32,000 bases of DNA from Verrucomicrobiota bacterium (GTDB lineage Bacteria > Verrucomicrobiota > Verrucomicrobiia > Chthoniobacterales > UBA6821). Positions 1 through 8,523 of the stretch are shown piece by piece (positions within the stretch are counted from its first letter, which is position 1; the number at the start of each line of letters is the position of its first letter). The position numbers were made by a program, and so were the translations under genes. The stretch covers positions 1 to 32,000 of the forward strand of contig WBXG01000009.1 in the NCBI GenBank assembly GCA_008932965.1. Reading direction: 5' to 3'. Below the pieces are notes generated by a model. It was not told where the DNA came from. It saw only the letters and a list, made by a program, of their open reading frames with translations, and searched no databases.

Positions 1-1312
1 AAGGTTTGTAAGAACGATATCGACTCAAAAAAACGCGAATAGGCATCTTGTAAGATTTTCGCTCTAGCCATTTAAAAAAACCGTCAACTCCATACCAACT
101 TTTAGCTCCATTGAGGTCCTCTCGAGAAACATCGGCACCTGGCTCCCCTTGAATGATAAAGTCTTGATCTTTCTTTGATAGTTTTTCAAACGGTGTATGA
201 ATGTTAATGTCATGGTAGGCGCAAGCCCTCAGTAGATCACGTTGTGAATCTCGTGATTGACCACTTTGGAAAGGTTTGATCACCCCGCCTGCAACACTCA
301 GCGAGCGGTCTGGCATCACACGATCATAATCAAATCCAATAACGCGTCCAAAACCACGACAAGAAGGGCATGCTCCTAAAGGATTATTGAAACTAAAGAG
401 ACCAGGGGTGGGGGGGCGAATATTTGTATCACAATGCGCACAATGCCAACCTGCAGAGAAAGGATGCGCCTTGCCATCTTCTTGAGAAATAAAAGTGATT
501 CGATCTTTTCCGAGACGTAGTGCAGTTTCAATGCCCTCACTAACGCGTCCTTGGTTCGCTTCAATAATTTCAATACGGTCTTGAATAACTAAAACAACCG
601 AGGGGAGCAGCGTGAATGTAGGAGGCTCATTAGTACGGTGAATCTTTCCATCAATCCAGACTCGTAGGTATCCCTGCTCTTGTAAAAAATGAAAAAAATC
701 AGCAGGGGAACGCTCTCGGGGCTGAGCTGTTTTTTTTGGAGTGACTGGCTTTGAAAAATCTTCGAAAGCAGCATTAAGATCTTCCTCTTGTTCCTCTTCA
801 AGAATCACTCTTGTAGTAACAGGAAAGGTAATAAAAAGTTGTTTTTTATCAAAATTCTTAAGAACTTTTTTAGCAATTGATTCAGACGATTCCGTTTGGA
901 TAGAGCGTTGGCATTCTGGGCAGGAAGCAGCGGAGGCCCTGGACATGAGAAGCTTAAGGTAATCATTGATCTCAGTAATCGTTCCAACAGTGGAACGCGA
1001 TGTTCTCACATTGTTGTTCTGTTCAATGGCAATTGCAGGAGGGATCCCTTCGATGGAGGCTACTTGTGGCTTGTCCATGCGATCCAGAAACTGACGTGTA
1101 TAAGGACTGAAGGTCTCTACGTAGCGGCGCTGGCCCTCGGCATAAATAGTGTCGAAGGCAAGACTGGACTTGCCACTGCCACTAGGGCCAGTAACTACAA
1201 TCAGCGATTGAGTTGGCAAATTAAGGTCAAAACCTTGAAGGTTATTTTGCCTTACACCGCGAAGATGTATCCGGGAAGAAGTAAGCACTCTATAGGTAGA
1301 AGATCTCTGCAA
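1..1312 (-). CDS. uvrA: Excinuclease ABC subunit A (UvrA family), N-terminal ~435 codons; the rest lies left of the window
   Basis: It is absent from the ORF track because it has no stop inside the window. My reverse-strand translation is open from TTG 1312 (alternative GTG 1288) down to base 1. It reads [84 protein letters not shown]...[16 protein letters not shown]...CPECQ...WHCAHCD...[18 protein letters not shown]. This gives a Walker A motif, the UvrA signature and the Zn-finger cysteines. Confidence 0.85.
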   Translation of the reverse strand, partial: MQRSSTYRVLTSSRIHLRGVRQNNLQGFDLNLPTQSLIVVTGPSGSGKSSLAFDTIYAEGQRRYVETFSPYTRQFLDRMDKPQVASIEGIPPAIAIEQNNNVRTSRSTVGTITEINDYLKLLMSRASAASCPECQRSIQTESSESIAKKVLKNFDKKQLFITFPVTTRVILEEEQEEDLNAAFEDFSKPVTPKKTAQPRERSPADFFHFLQEQGYLRVWIDGKIHRTNEPPTFTLLPSVVLVIQDRIEIIEANQGRVSEGIETALRLGKDRITFISQEDGKAHPFSAGWHCAHCDTNIRPPTPGLFSFNNPLGACPSCRGFGRVIGFDYDRVMPDRSLSVAGGVIKPFQSGQSRDSQRDLLRACAYHDINIHTPFEKLSKKDQDFIIQGEPGADVSREDLNGAKSWYGVDGFFKWLERKSYKMPIRVFLSRYRSYKP

Positions 1313-1330
1313 AACGAGCTAGCCAACCGG

Positions 1331-1651
1331 TCAGCTCACGGAAGAATTTTTTAATTCCTCAGTACGAAGTAGTACTCGTTGACGCATGATTTTTCCCGCT
1401 TTGAATTTAACAGTTGCACGCGCAGGAATGGAAACATCAACTTCGGGACGATTTGGATTGCGTCCTACTCGAGGACGGGTCAAACGAACTTCAAAAACAC
1501 CAAAATTTCTTAATTCAACATTTTGACCTTGAGCCACTGCTGTAGTAATATGATCTAGCGTCTTTTGAATGACCGCAAAAACGTCTGACTGAATAAGTCC
1601 CGTCTCGTTACTAATGGCTACAACAAGATCACGTTTTGTTAAATTTGACAT
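1331..1651 (-). CDS. HU/IHF-family DNA-binding protein (106 aa)
   Basis: Size and motifs are typical of the bacterial histone-like HU/IHF family: VELRNFGVFEVRLTRPRVGRNPNRPEVDVSIPARATVKFKAGK. It ends 18 nt upstream of the uvrA start on the same strand. Confidence 0.8.
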   Translation of the reverse strand: MSNLTKRDLVVAISNETGLIQSDVFAVIQKTLDHITTAVAQGQNVELRNFGVFEVRLTRPRVGRNPNRPEVDVSIPARATVKFKAGKIMRQRVLLRTEELKNSSVS

Positions 1652-1835
1652 ATAATGAAATTAAATTTTTTAAAGTGGATTGGTTTTATTGCACTAAGGA
1701 ACCCCTGTTATCCAGCAGGCGGCCTGCATTTTAATATTTTTCTCTCCCAATCGCAATAAGAAAAACCTGTTGTAATTTTTACAAACTAACGAAGATCCTT
1801 ATAAAATCAAGGGATAGAGGTGATTAAGAAAAAAA

Positions 1836-3560
1836 TTACACTTTTCGAAATCTCCCACTTTCCTGTAAAGCCTTATCTAAAGAGGCTAGGGTGGTAGTAT
1901 GCTTTTCATTCCAGGAATTAATGGAAAGTGGAATCCTGGCAACCCAATTTGAATTCGTAAGATTACCGGGGTTGTTGAATATTTGCGTCAATCCCAAAAG
2001 ATCGGTGATCATAACTATGACAAGCCAAGAACCGCTTTCATAGAGTGTTTTGAGAAGTGCTTGATGGATTTTTCCTTCATAGGGTGTTAGAGGATCTAAG
2101 TCGGGGAGGTCAATAAAAAAAAGGAGTTCACGTATTGTTTTTTCTGCACCCGGCGCTAAAGATTTTTTTTCTCTAATGTCGTGCTGCCACATTTCCCATT
2201 GTTTTCGAAAAGGGTGATGATCATGCGTTGCATAAGTCGCTACAGAAATAATGGGATAATCACGGGCTGGAATCATTTTATTTTCCTTGTCGCGTATCCA
2301 AAGAGGAATTTTAAATCCTGGGATTTCTAATTTTTTCAAAACGTCAGGAACATATGGAGGGACTTCACCAAGATCCTCTGCAATAAGTTGATATTTGCCT
2401 GCTTCCTGCTGAAAAATAGAAAGTAATCGTGATCCTCTTTCCTTGTTATATGAGGCATGCTCTGGTGTATCGTCTGCATAATCAACAAAATGAGGTAAAA
2501 TCCCTTCTGTTTTTTTAAGTGCCTCTTCTTGTGTCAGCAACATGAATTCATCATTCATCTTTGGTGGCCAAGGAAAGCTATAAATGCGAAAAAGTCCTAA
2601 TGCATGGTCTATGCGTAAAATATGAAAGAAGGATCGTAAGAATCGAATGCGATGGCGCCACCATTGGAAATTATCCTTTTCCATGGAGTCCCATTTATAA
2701 AGTGGGATACCCCAGTTTTGACCCCAACGCATTGTAAAAGGGTCTGACTGGAAAATTTTTTCTGGAGGAGCTCCTCCTAGGTTTTCTATGTCGAATAAAT
2801 CCGATTTAGAAAAAACATCGGCACTTGCAACATGAACCCCTGTGGGAATATCACCGATGAGCAGGACGCCTTGAGAAGATGCTATTGCAAAAACTTTTTT
2901 CCATTGTGTGATTGCAATCCATTGCACATAAGAAAAAAAATCACGACGTTTTTCAAAGGAGAGGTATTCATGTTTAGGGAGTGTAGTAAGCCAGCGCTTC
3001 GCTGAATCAGCATTTTGCGTACAAGGATTCCATGTTGAAAAATCTTCTTGATTGTCATGACGTTCTAGAAGAGCTCGATAGAGCGTATAATCAGCTAACC
3101 AATAGGATTCCTCTTTTTGAAAGCATTGGTAATCGCGGAGATGCTTATCTTGAGCTTCTCTAAGCACAAAACGAGACCAAGCAGCATTTAAAAGCTCTTG
3201 TTTACATTTTTTAACAAGGCAATAGTGAACATTTCCTTCAACCATCTTCTCCACATCATAACGCTCTAAAATGGCCCTGTAATCCTCCTGAGTTAAATCT
3301 TCTAACCAGTCTGGATGTGTTGTGATGGTTGAGGGTTCTAGTGCCATAGCACTAAGAATTTCATAAGGGCTATTGTTACTGCTGGTCTCATTAATTGGCA
3401 ACATTTGAAGAGCTTGAAATCCATGTTCCGCAACCCAGACAATCATTTCGGCGAGTGCTGCCGTATCACCGATTCCAAGGTCCTCTTTTCCCCGTAGTGC
3501 AAAAAGAGGAGCAAGAATGCCAGCTGTTTTTTTATCATACATACTGTTATTAAAGCTCAT
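1836..3560 (-). CDS. malQ: 4-alpha-glucanotransferase (amylomaltase, GH77)
   Basis: 574 aa ORF with GH77 hallmarks: GIGDTAAL near the N-terminus, LRIDHALGLFRIY, AEDLGEVP, YATHDHHP. Confidence 0.85.
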   Translation of the reverse strand: MSFNNSMYDKKTAGILAPLFALRGKEDLGIGDTAALAEMIVWVAEHGFQALQMLPINETSSNNSPYEILSAMALEPSTITTHPDWLEDLTQEDYRAILERYDVEKMVEGNVHYCLVKKCKQELLNAAWSRFVLREAQDKHLRDYQCFQKEESYWLADYTLYRALLERHDNQEDFSTWNPCTQNADSAKRWLTTLPKHEYLSFEKRRDFFSYVQWIAITQWKKVFAIASSQGVLLIGDIPTGVHVASADVFSKSDLFDIENLGGAPPEKIFQSDPFTMRWGQNWGIPLYKWDSMEKDNFQWWRHRIRFLRSFFHILRIDHALGLFRIYSFPWPPKMNDEFMLLTQEEALKKTEGILPHFVDYADDTPEHASYNKERGSRLLSIFQQEAGKYQLIAEDLGEVPPYVPDVLKKLEIPGFKIPLWIRDKENKMIPARDYPIISVATYATHDHHPFRKQWEMWQHDIREKKSLAPGAEKTIRELLFFIDLPDLDPLTPYEGKIHQALLKTLYESGSWLVIVMITDLLGLTQIFNNPGNLTNSNWVARIPLSINSWNEKHTTTLASLDKALQESGRFRKV

Positions 3561-3674
3561 AGTTTTCTTCTCTATGTAAATGCTTTTTTCTTATAGTAAA
3601 AAGCCTTATGATTAATGAACGCACTATCGTCTTAGGCAAATCATTGATATGCTAAATTAAAGGAGTATTCAAAA

Positions 3675-4343
3675 ATGATAACAAAAGTAGGTGTCACAAT
3701 TTTTGCTTTATTGGTCCTCATGCTGTCTTCTAGAGCTGAGCCTTTAGATGCGTGGAATGCTCTTAATGAGAAACAACATGCTCTATTTAATAGTGGAAAA
3801 CAAGTTTTAGTGACCGAGAAAATTCAAGATACCCCTTGGCCTTATTTCCATATTTATTTTTTAGTTCATGCGACTCCTATGCAAGCAGCTGCTGTTTTTT
3901 GGGATGCTCCACGTGCTCCTCACTTTATTCCTCACTGCCTTAATGTTACTGTATGCACTCGTCCTGCCGCTAATGTTGCAGTGGTAGATTATGAGCTTCA
4001 GGTTCCCTTCTTTTCCAATGAAGTTTCCAAAGTGCGTAATATCTTAAAATCATTACCTCAAGATCGAGGTTATGAAGTTTCCTGGAATGTTCTTCACTCG
4101 AAGTATAGTAAATCTGGAAGGGGCAGCTTTCTGGTGGTTCCCCATGAAAAAGAAAGCTTGATTTGCTATTCTAATTTTATAGATCCCGGAAGTATTATTG
4201 CCACTGTGTTGCGCCGGTATGCAGAGAGACAAGTGCAAGAGGTCGCAGTGGCTATTGCTGATCAAATAGAGCATGAGGCCCAACATGACCCAGAGCTCAT
4301 GCGCCAACAAGAAGAGGAGTTAAAAAAAGCATTAGAAAACTAA
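3675..4343 (+). CDS. Secreted hypothetical protein, possibly an SRPBCC/START-like fold
   Basis: AAGGAG sits about 9 nt upstream of the ATG. The N-terminal signal-like segment is MITKVGVTIFALLVLMLSSRAEP. No motif I can name with certainty, so the fold guess is weak. Confidence 0.5.
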   Translation: MITKVGVTIFALLVLMLSSRAEPLDAWNALNEKQHALFNSGKQVLVTEKIQDTPWPYFHIYFLVHATPMQAAAVFWDAPRAPHFIPHCLNVTVCTRPAANVAVVDYELQVPFFSNEVSKVRNILKSLPQDRGYEVSWNVLHSKYSKSGRGSFLVVPHEKESLICYSNFIDPGSIIATVLRRYAERQVQEVAVAIADQIEHEAQHDPELMRQQEEELKKALEN

Positions 4344-4368
4344 AATATGATTTGTATTAAAAATCATC

Positions 4369-6438
4369 GTGAATTTTTCTAAAAATAGATTGTTGTTCAT
4401 TTGTTGTTTTTTAGGGTTATCCCGAATATATCATGCTGATTTTGCTGCGGCTTGCGAAAGCTATAGAGATACAGCGTCAGGCTCGACCTGCTCCTCGAGC
4501 GGTATAGAACATACGCCTCTTGAAAATCATTGCCTTGATTGCCTAGATCAGCCTTCGTGGCCTCCTCGTCATGATCAGTATGATATATCTGGGCTAGGTA
4601 TCATTGGTATTGAGAACTATGTCTTTTTTTTAAATTGTACTGCTAAGAGTGATTCCGGTGGTGCCTTTGATTTGCTTATGGAGGAGGGGAAAAATCAAGT
4701 TATTATTCGTTATGGAGAGCCAGGAAGTTATTTTTACGAAGTAGTTTTAGAGAAAGAGGAGCCTCTCTATTGGATAAGTGAGCATGATGCTATCGGCTAC
4801 TGTGACTGGAGGAATGCATTTCTCCATAATAAAGAATATCATTTAGAAATTGGAGTAGCATTCAAAGAGGTTGATCATGAACTCAAATCCAATCTTAAGA
4901 ATTATCCTTTAATAGAGAATGCCGTTGTTGTTCGGCAAACAGTGTTAGATGCTATGAGTGATTATTCTCTCCTCCTAGAGGATGAGGAACTTTTCATTGG
5001 TCTTGCCTGCCTTTTTTTTGGGACCGCAGCAAATCATTCGATTCAAAAGTGCAGGGATAATCATTACGATCACGTTGAGGTAATTCAAGAAGCAGGAAAT
5101 GCGGTACTAACAACATCTTTGCTTCAGGAAGAAGGCGATAGCCATCTCCCTTCTACTCATCAATGGAATAATCAGGAACTTTTCGAGACATCGGATGCAG
5201 TTCTCAATCATACTTATCCTGCTCGATTAGCTGCTTCTCCTTTGTTACCAAACGAGGAGGGTTCTGATGTGGCTATTCCATTGATATCAAGACGACTCTT
5301 TCCTAACACCCCAGATCGTGATGTGGAAAATTCTGACTCATCGGACAATGCTGTTTCAGGAATGATTTTGGATATGCACAAAATAGATCTCTCGGCGGAA
5401 AGCGATAGTAGTCCCGATTCGAGTGATAGTGAATATGGAGCAAAAACATTAATGCGAAAAGTAGCACACCAGGTGAAGCACATTAAACCAAAGAACTACG
5501 CCATTAACCAAGATGGAACCGAGGAAATTACAGAGGAGGAAATGAAAGCAAATCCTGGGAAATTTTATATAGCAAATTTCCGTGGCGATTATCTCAGTTA
5601 TTTTAAGACAAATCGTGCTAGAAGAAGTTATGTTAAAAAAGCAGTTGATAGCGTTGTTTCCAATCATCCCATTCCTTTCCGCTCAATAGCAGTTAAAGAA
5701 ATAGAAAGAAAATATCCAGGGAAAGAGGAGAGGGCTGAAGCATTCTCCCAACTCAACACCGCGCACAAGATAAAGGACTCTAGCTATGTGAAAACTTATA
5801 AATCACCAACCCATTTTTCCAGGGCAGTTCAGGAGGTCAGTCCTGAATATGGGAATCCCATCATTTCAACTTCAAAAGATACTAAAGTCAGCCCCGTTTA
5901 TGCCGATCATCCCAAAGATAAGGCTTTGTTATTACCTCAATATTCTGAAAACAAAAAACCAAAGCACCGTCTTATTGGTGTGACTACAGTTATTGTGCAT
6001 GAGGCAAACGAATATGCAGCAAGAACAAAAGCTGATATTGAACAGCTCAGAACGCATCGAGAAATCGGAAAGATATCGGCTGTTGAAAGAAAAAATGATG
6101 AAATTCTCTTTGAGGGTGTTATTGAATCGAAAAACATAGCCGGCTATGTTCCTCTTGCGTATCCCAATTTATCCAAAAAATATTCTTTTAAAGATAAAGG
6201 GTTATTCGGTTTAGATGAGGAAGAGGGATTGGGGCTTACAAGAAGTTCTCCAAAAACACTAGGAAAGAAGGCCAAGGAGAATACCCTTTTTAAAGCTAAT
6301 CGGCGCTTTCAATGGAGGTTAGCAGAAAAATATGTTACCGATAAAAATCCTCGAGGAGAATTAATTTGGGTAGATCGAGAGGGGAATTTCAATCGATTTA
6401 GAGCAAATCAAGATTCTAAGCTCTATATTTCAGACTAG
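4369..6438 (+). CDS. Large hypothetical protein (689 aa) with a hydrophobic N-terminus, a repeat-element-encoded segment (codons ~18-76) and an acidic Ser/Asp-rich linker
   Basis: Long open frame in an AT-rich background. No family recognised. The GTG start has no obvious SD, so the start is uncertain (next in-frame ATG at 4678). The TAG stop is formed at the junction with repeat copy M2. Confidence 0.5.
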   Translation: MNFSKNRLLFICCFLGLSRIYHADFAAACESYRDTASGSTCSSSGIEHTPLENHCLDCLDQPSWPPRHDQYDISGLGIIGIENYVFFLNCTAKSDSGGAFDLLMEEGKNQVIIRYGEPGSYFYEVVLEKEEPLYWISEHDAIGYCDWRNAFLHNKEYHLEIGVAFKEVDHELKSNLKNYPLIENAVVVRQTVLDAMSDYSLLLEDEELFIGLACLFFGTAANHSIQKCRDNHYDHVEVIQEAGNAVLTTSLLQEEGDSHLPSTHQWNNQELFETSDAVLNHTYPARLAASPLLPNEEGSDVAIPLISRRLFPNTPDRDVENSDSSDNAVSGMILDMHKIDLSAESDSSPDSSDSEYGAKTLMRKVAHQVKHIKPKNYAINQDGTEEITEEEMKANPGKFYIANFRGDYLSYFKTNRARRSYVKKAVDSVVSNHPIPFRSIAVKEIERKYPGKEERAEAFSQLNTAHKIKDSSYVKTYKSPTHFSRAVQEVSPEYGNPIISTSKDTKVSPVYADHPKDKALLLPQYSENKKPKHRLIGVTTVIVHEANEYAARTKADIEQLRTHREIGKISAVERKNDEILFEGVIESKNIAGYVPLAYPNLSKKYSFKDKGLFGLDEEEGLGLTRSSPKTLGKKAKENTLFKANRRFQWRLAEKYVTDKNPRGELIWVDREGNFNRFRANQDSKLYISD
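4420..4594 (+). mobile_element. MITE-like element copy M1 (175 bp, diverged), inside ORF 4369..6438
   Basis: The left end tcccgaatatatcatgctgattttgctgcggcttgcgaa and the right end cagccttcgtggcctcctcgtcatgatcagtatgatatatctgggc match the family consensus. It is flanked by TA at 4418-4419 and 4595-4596. Confidence 0.85.
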
Positions 6439-6563
6439 CCCGGATATTTCATACCGATTCTGCTGCGGCTTGCGAACACCTGATGGATGCTGCGTTGATC
6501 TCGAAGTCTTTCCCTATAAGCTTTCGTGATCTCCTCGTCACGATCAGTATGAAATATCCGGGC
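6438..6563 (+). mobile_element. MITE-like element copy M2 (126 bp short variant, intact ends)
   Basis: gcccggatatttcataccgat...atcagtatgaaatatccgggc gives 20 of 21 complementary terminal bases. It is flanked by TA (CTAG on both sides) and lies between ORF 4369..6438 and dnaG. Confidence 0.95.
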
Positions 6564-6640
6564 TAGCAACATTTCTTAAAGAGGGCTGTTGTTGAAACCT
6601 GATGAAGTGGATGATAGGATCGTTCATTTTAGATTACTTC

Positions 6641-8419
6641 ATGAAAATTTCCCAAGAAAGTATTGAGCGAGTGGCTGCTGCAAGCGATATCGTCCATGTG
6701 ATTGGGTCCTATTTTCCGTTGAAGCGTGCTGGAGTAAACTTTCGGGCACTATGTCCTTTTCATGATGAAAAAAGTCCTTCGTTTTATGTAAATCCTACGC
6801 GCCAAACATTCCATTGCTTTGGCTGTGGTGTTGGTGGTGGAGTGTTTCGATTTGTCATGGATTATGAGCATGTCGACTTCCCTATGGCAGTAAGGCGTCT
6901 AGCAGAGCGTTCAGGAATAGCTTTAGTAGAGGAATCGAGTCCTCAGGACATCACCCAGCGTAATGAGCGAGGAAGGCTCTTGGATCTCCATCGTCAAGTT
7001 GCACTTTGGTATCACCATCAGCTACTGCGTTCTCCTGCTGCTGCTCCGGCACGTACCTATTTAAAAAGTCGTGGATTCTCTAAAGAGATGGCAGTATCTT
7101 GGCAGCTTGGATATGCACCAGCTAGCTGGGATGGGGTGAAAAAATGGGGTATAGCAGCCGGATTTCGTAATGCAGAGCTCGTGGCAGCAGGATTGCTTTT
7201 AGAACGTAACTCTCAAGAGACGTATGATCGCTTTCGTCATCGCTTGATGTTTCCTATTCGTAATGATTATGGAGATGTTATTGGTTTTAGCGGTCGTATA
7301 TTATCGGAGGAATCTCAGGAGGCCAAGTATGTCAATTCACCTGAAACAACCCTTTTCAGAAAAGGAAAAATTCTCTTTGGAGTTGATAAAAGTAAGAGAG
7401 CTCTCATTCAATCCGGAGAAGCGATTGTTATGGAGGGGCAAATAGATCTTATTTCTGCTTTTGAGCATGGGTGTCACAATGTAGTTGCCCCCCAAGGAAC
7501 AGCTTTTACAACGGATCAAGCTCGATTGTTGCGACGATTTGTGGAGAAGGTAATTCTTTGTTTTGATTCAGATACTGCTGGAAGGAATGCAGTGGAGCGT
7601 TCTTTGCCAGCTTTATTAGCCAACGGTTTTGAAGTGCGTGTTGCAGAGTTACCCTCAGGTGAGGATCCAGATTCGATGATCCAAAAAGAGGGAATAGTGA
7701 CTTTTCAAAAGCTTCTTGCAGGAGCGGAAGACGTTTTTGACTTTATGATCCATCGAGTTCAAAGAGAGGCTGGGTTTCCAATAAGTCCTCATCGTAGCGC
7801 GGCTTTGGCAAAGCAAATTGCTGGCTACTTAGCCATATTACCCAGTGCATCTTTAAGAGAGACAACAAGTGCCCATGTAGCCATGAGGCTTGGAATTTCT
7901 AGTTCAGCATTACTCGCTGCAGTACCCAGTTCTTTGGTAGCTACTGCGGAATCTGTAGAATCAACAGAAAATAGCAGTCATTCCAAAATTTCTGCTGGCA
8001 CGGAACTTTTATGTCGTCTGGCCCTTGTACATCCAGAAGTACGGGCATGGTTGTGTGAACAGAAATCACCGATGCCGCACGAGCTTCATGCAGAATTAGA
8101 AGTGCTTGAGGAATTGCTTACAGTCGATTTTTCTTCTTCTTCTCAACCAATGGCAGTCCTACTTCCATCACTTTCTCTTTCTCTACAACACCTTGTCTCC
8201 TCATGGGATCTTGAAAAAACAGTTTCTGATCCTTTAAGCACCGCACAAGATATTTGGTCTGGATTGCAGATTGCCTATTGGAAGCGTCAACAAACGGAGG
8301 CAACTGTTCAATTGAGAAAGCCAGGAATCTCTTCAGAGCAAATCCTGTTGCTTCAGAAAGAAATCCTTGACCTGCAGTGCTTCATACGCGAGCGTACTGT
8401 GCCTCGCAAGCCAATTTAA
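6641..8419 (+). CDS. dnaG: DNA primase
   Basis: Zn-ribbon CPFHDEKSPSFYVNPTRQTFHCFGCGVGG, TOPRIM segment EGQIDLIS...CFDSDTAGRNA. The ORF opens at 6602, but MKISQESIERV at 6641 matches the usual primase N-terminus. Confidence 0.9.
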   Translation: MKISQESIERVAAASDIVHVIGSYFPLKRAGVNFRALCPFHDEKSPSFYVNPTRQTFHCFGCGVGGGVFRFVMDYEHVDFPMAVRRLAERSGIALVEESSPQDITQRNERGRLLDLHRQVALWYHHQLLRSPAAAPARTYLKSRGFSKEMAVSWQLGYAPASWDGVKKWGIAAGFRNAELVAAGLLLERNSQETYDRFRHRLMFPIRNDYGDVIGFSGRILSEESQEAKYVNSPETTLFRKGKILFGVDKSKRALIQSGEAIVMEGQIDLISAFEHGCHNVVAPQGTAFTTDQARLLRRFVEKVILCFDSDTAGRNAVERSLPALLANGFEVRVAELPSGEDPDSMIQKEGIVTFQKLLAGAEDVFDFMIHRVQREAGFPISPHRSAALAKQIAGYLAILPSASLRETTSAHVAMRLGISSSALLAAVPSSLVATAESVESTENSSHSKISAGTELLCRLALVHPEVRAWLCEQKSPMPHELHAELEVLEELLTVDFSSSSQPMAVLLPSLSLSLQHLVSSWDLEKTVSDPLSTAQDIWSGLQIAYWKRQQTEATVQLRKPGISSEQILLLQKEILDLQCFIRERTVPRKPI

Positions 8420-8523
8420 TGAAAATGGATATAGGGGCTAGTTTTTCCAACGAAAGCGAGTATATTAATTGAGAATCATTTTTCGCCCTTTCATTCTTTC
8501 CATTTTTTACAGTTTATAAATCA

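Noticed and set aside
376-1354. Track ORFs 376..573, 589..801, 805..987 (-) and 741..962, 896..1354 (+)
   Set aside because: All overlap the continuous UvrA reading frame (minus strand, open across 1-1312) out of frame or antisense. None has recognisable motifs.
1700-1735. GC hairpin gcagg-cgg-cctgc followed by atttt on the plus strand, as a possible terminator
   Set aside because: No plus-strand gene ends upstream of it. On the minus strand (downstream of malQ) the stem is not followed by a U tract.
6438-6565. Elements acting as classical Rho-independent terminators directly after stop codons
   Set aside because: The paired termini could form a long stem, but none of the copies is followed by a U/T tract (for example ccgggctagcaacattt, ccgagttaagagg). 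Intrinsic-terminator architecture is therefore not supported.
6602-6640. 13-codon N-terminal extension of dnaG (MKWMIGSFILDYF)
   Set aside because: The conserved primase N-terminus begins at MKISQESIERV (ATG 6641). The extension is hydrophobic and atypical.
8420-8445. tgaaaatggatataggggctag right after the dnaG stop, as a possible relic of the right end (tatgaaatatccgggctag)
   Set aside because: There is only about 60-70% similarity over 20 nt, with indels. It is too short and degenerate to distinguish from chance in AT-rich DNA.
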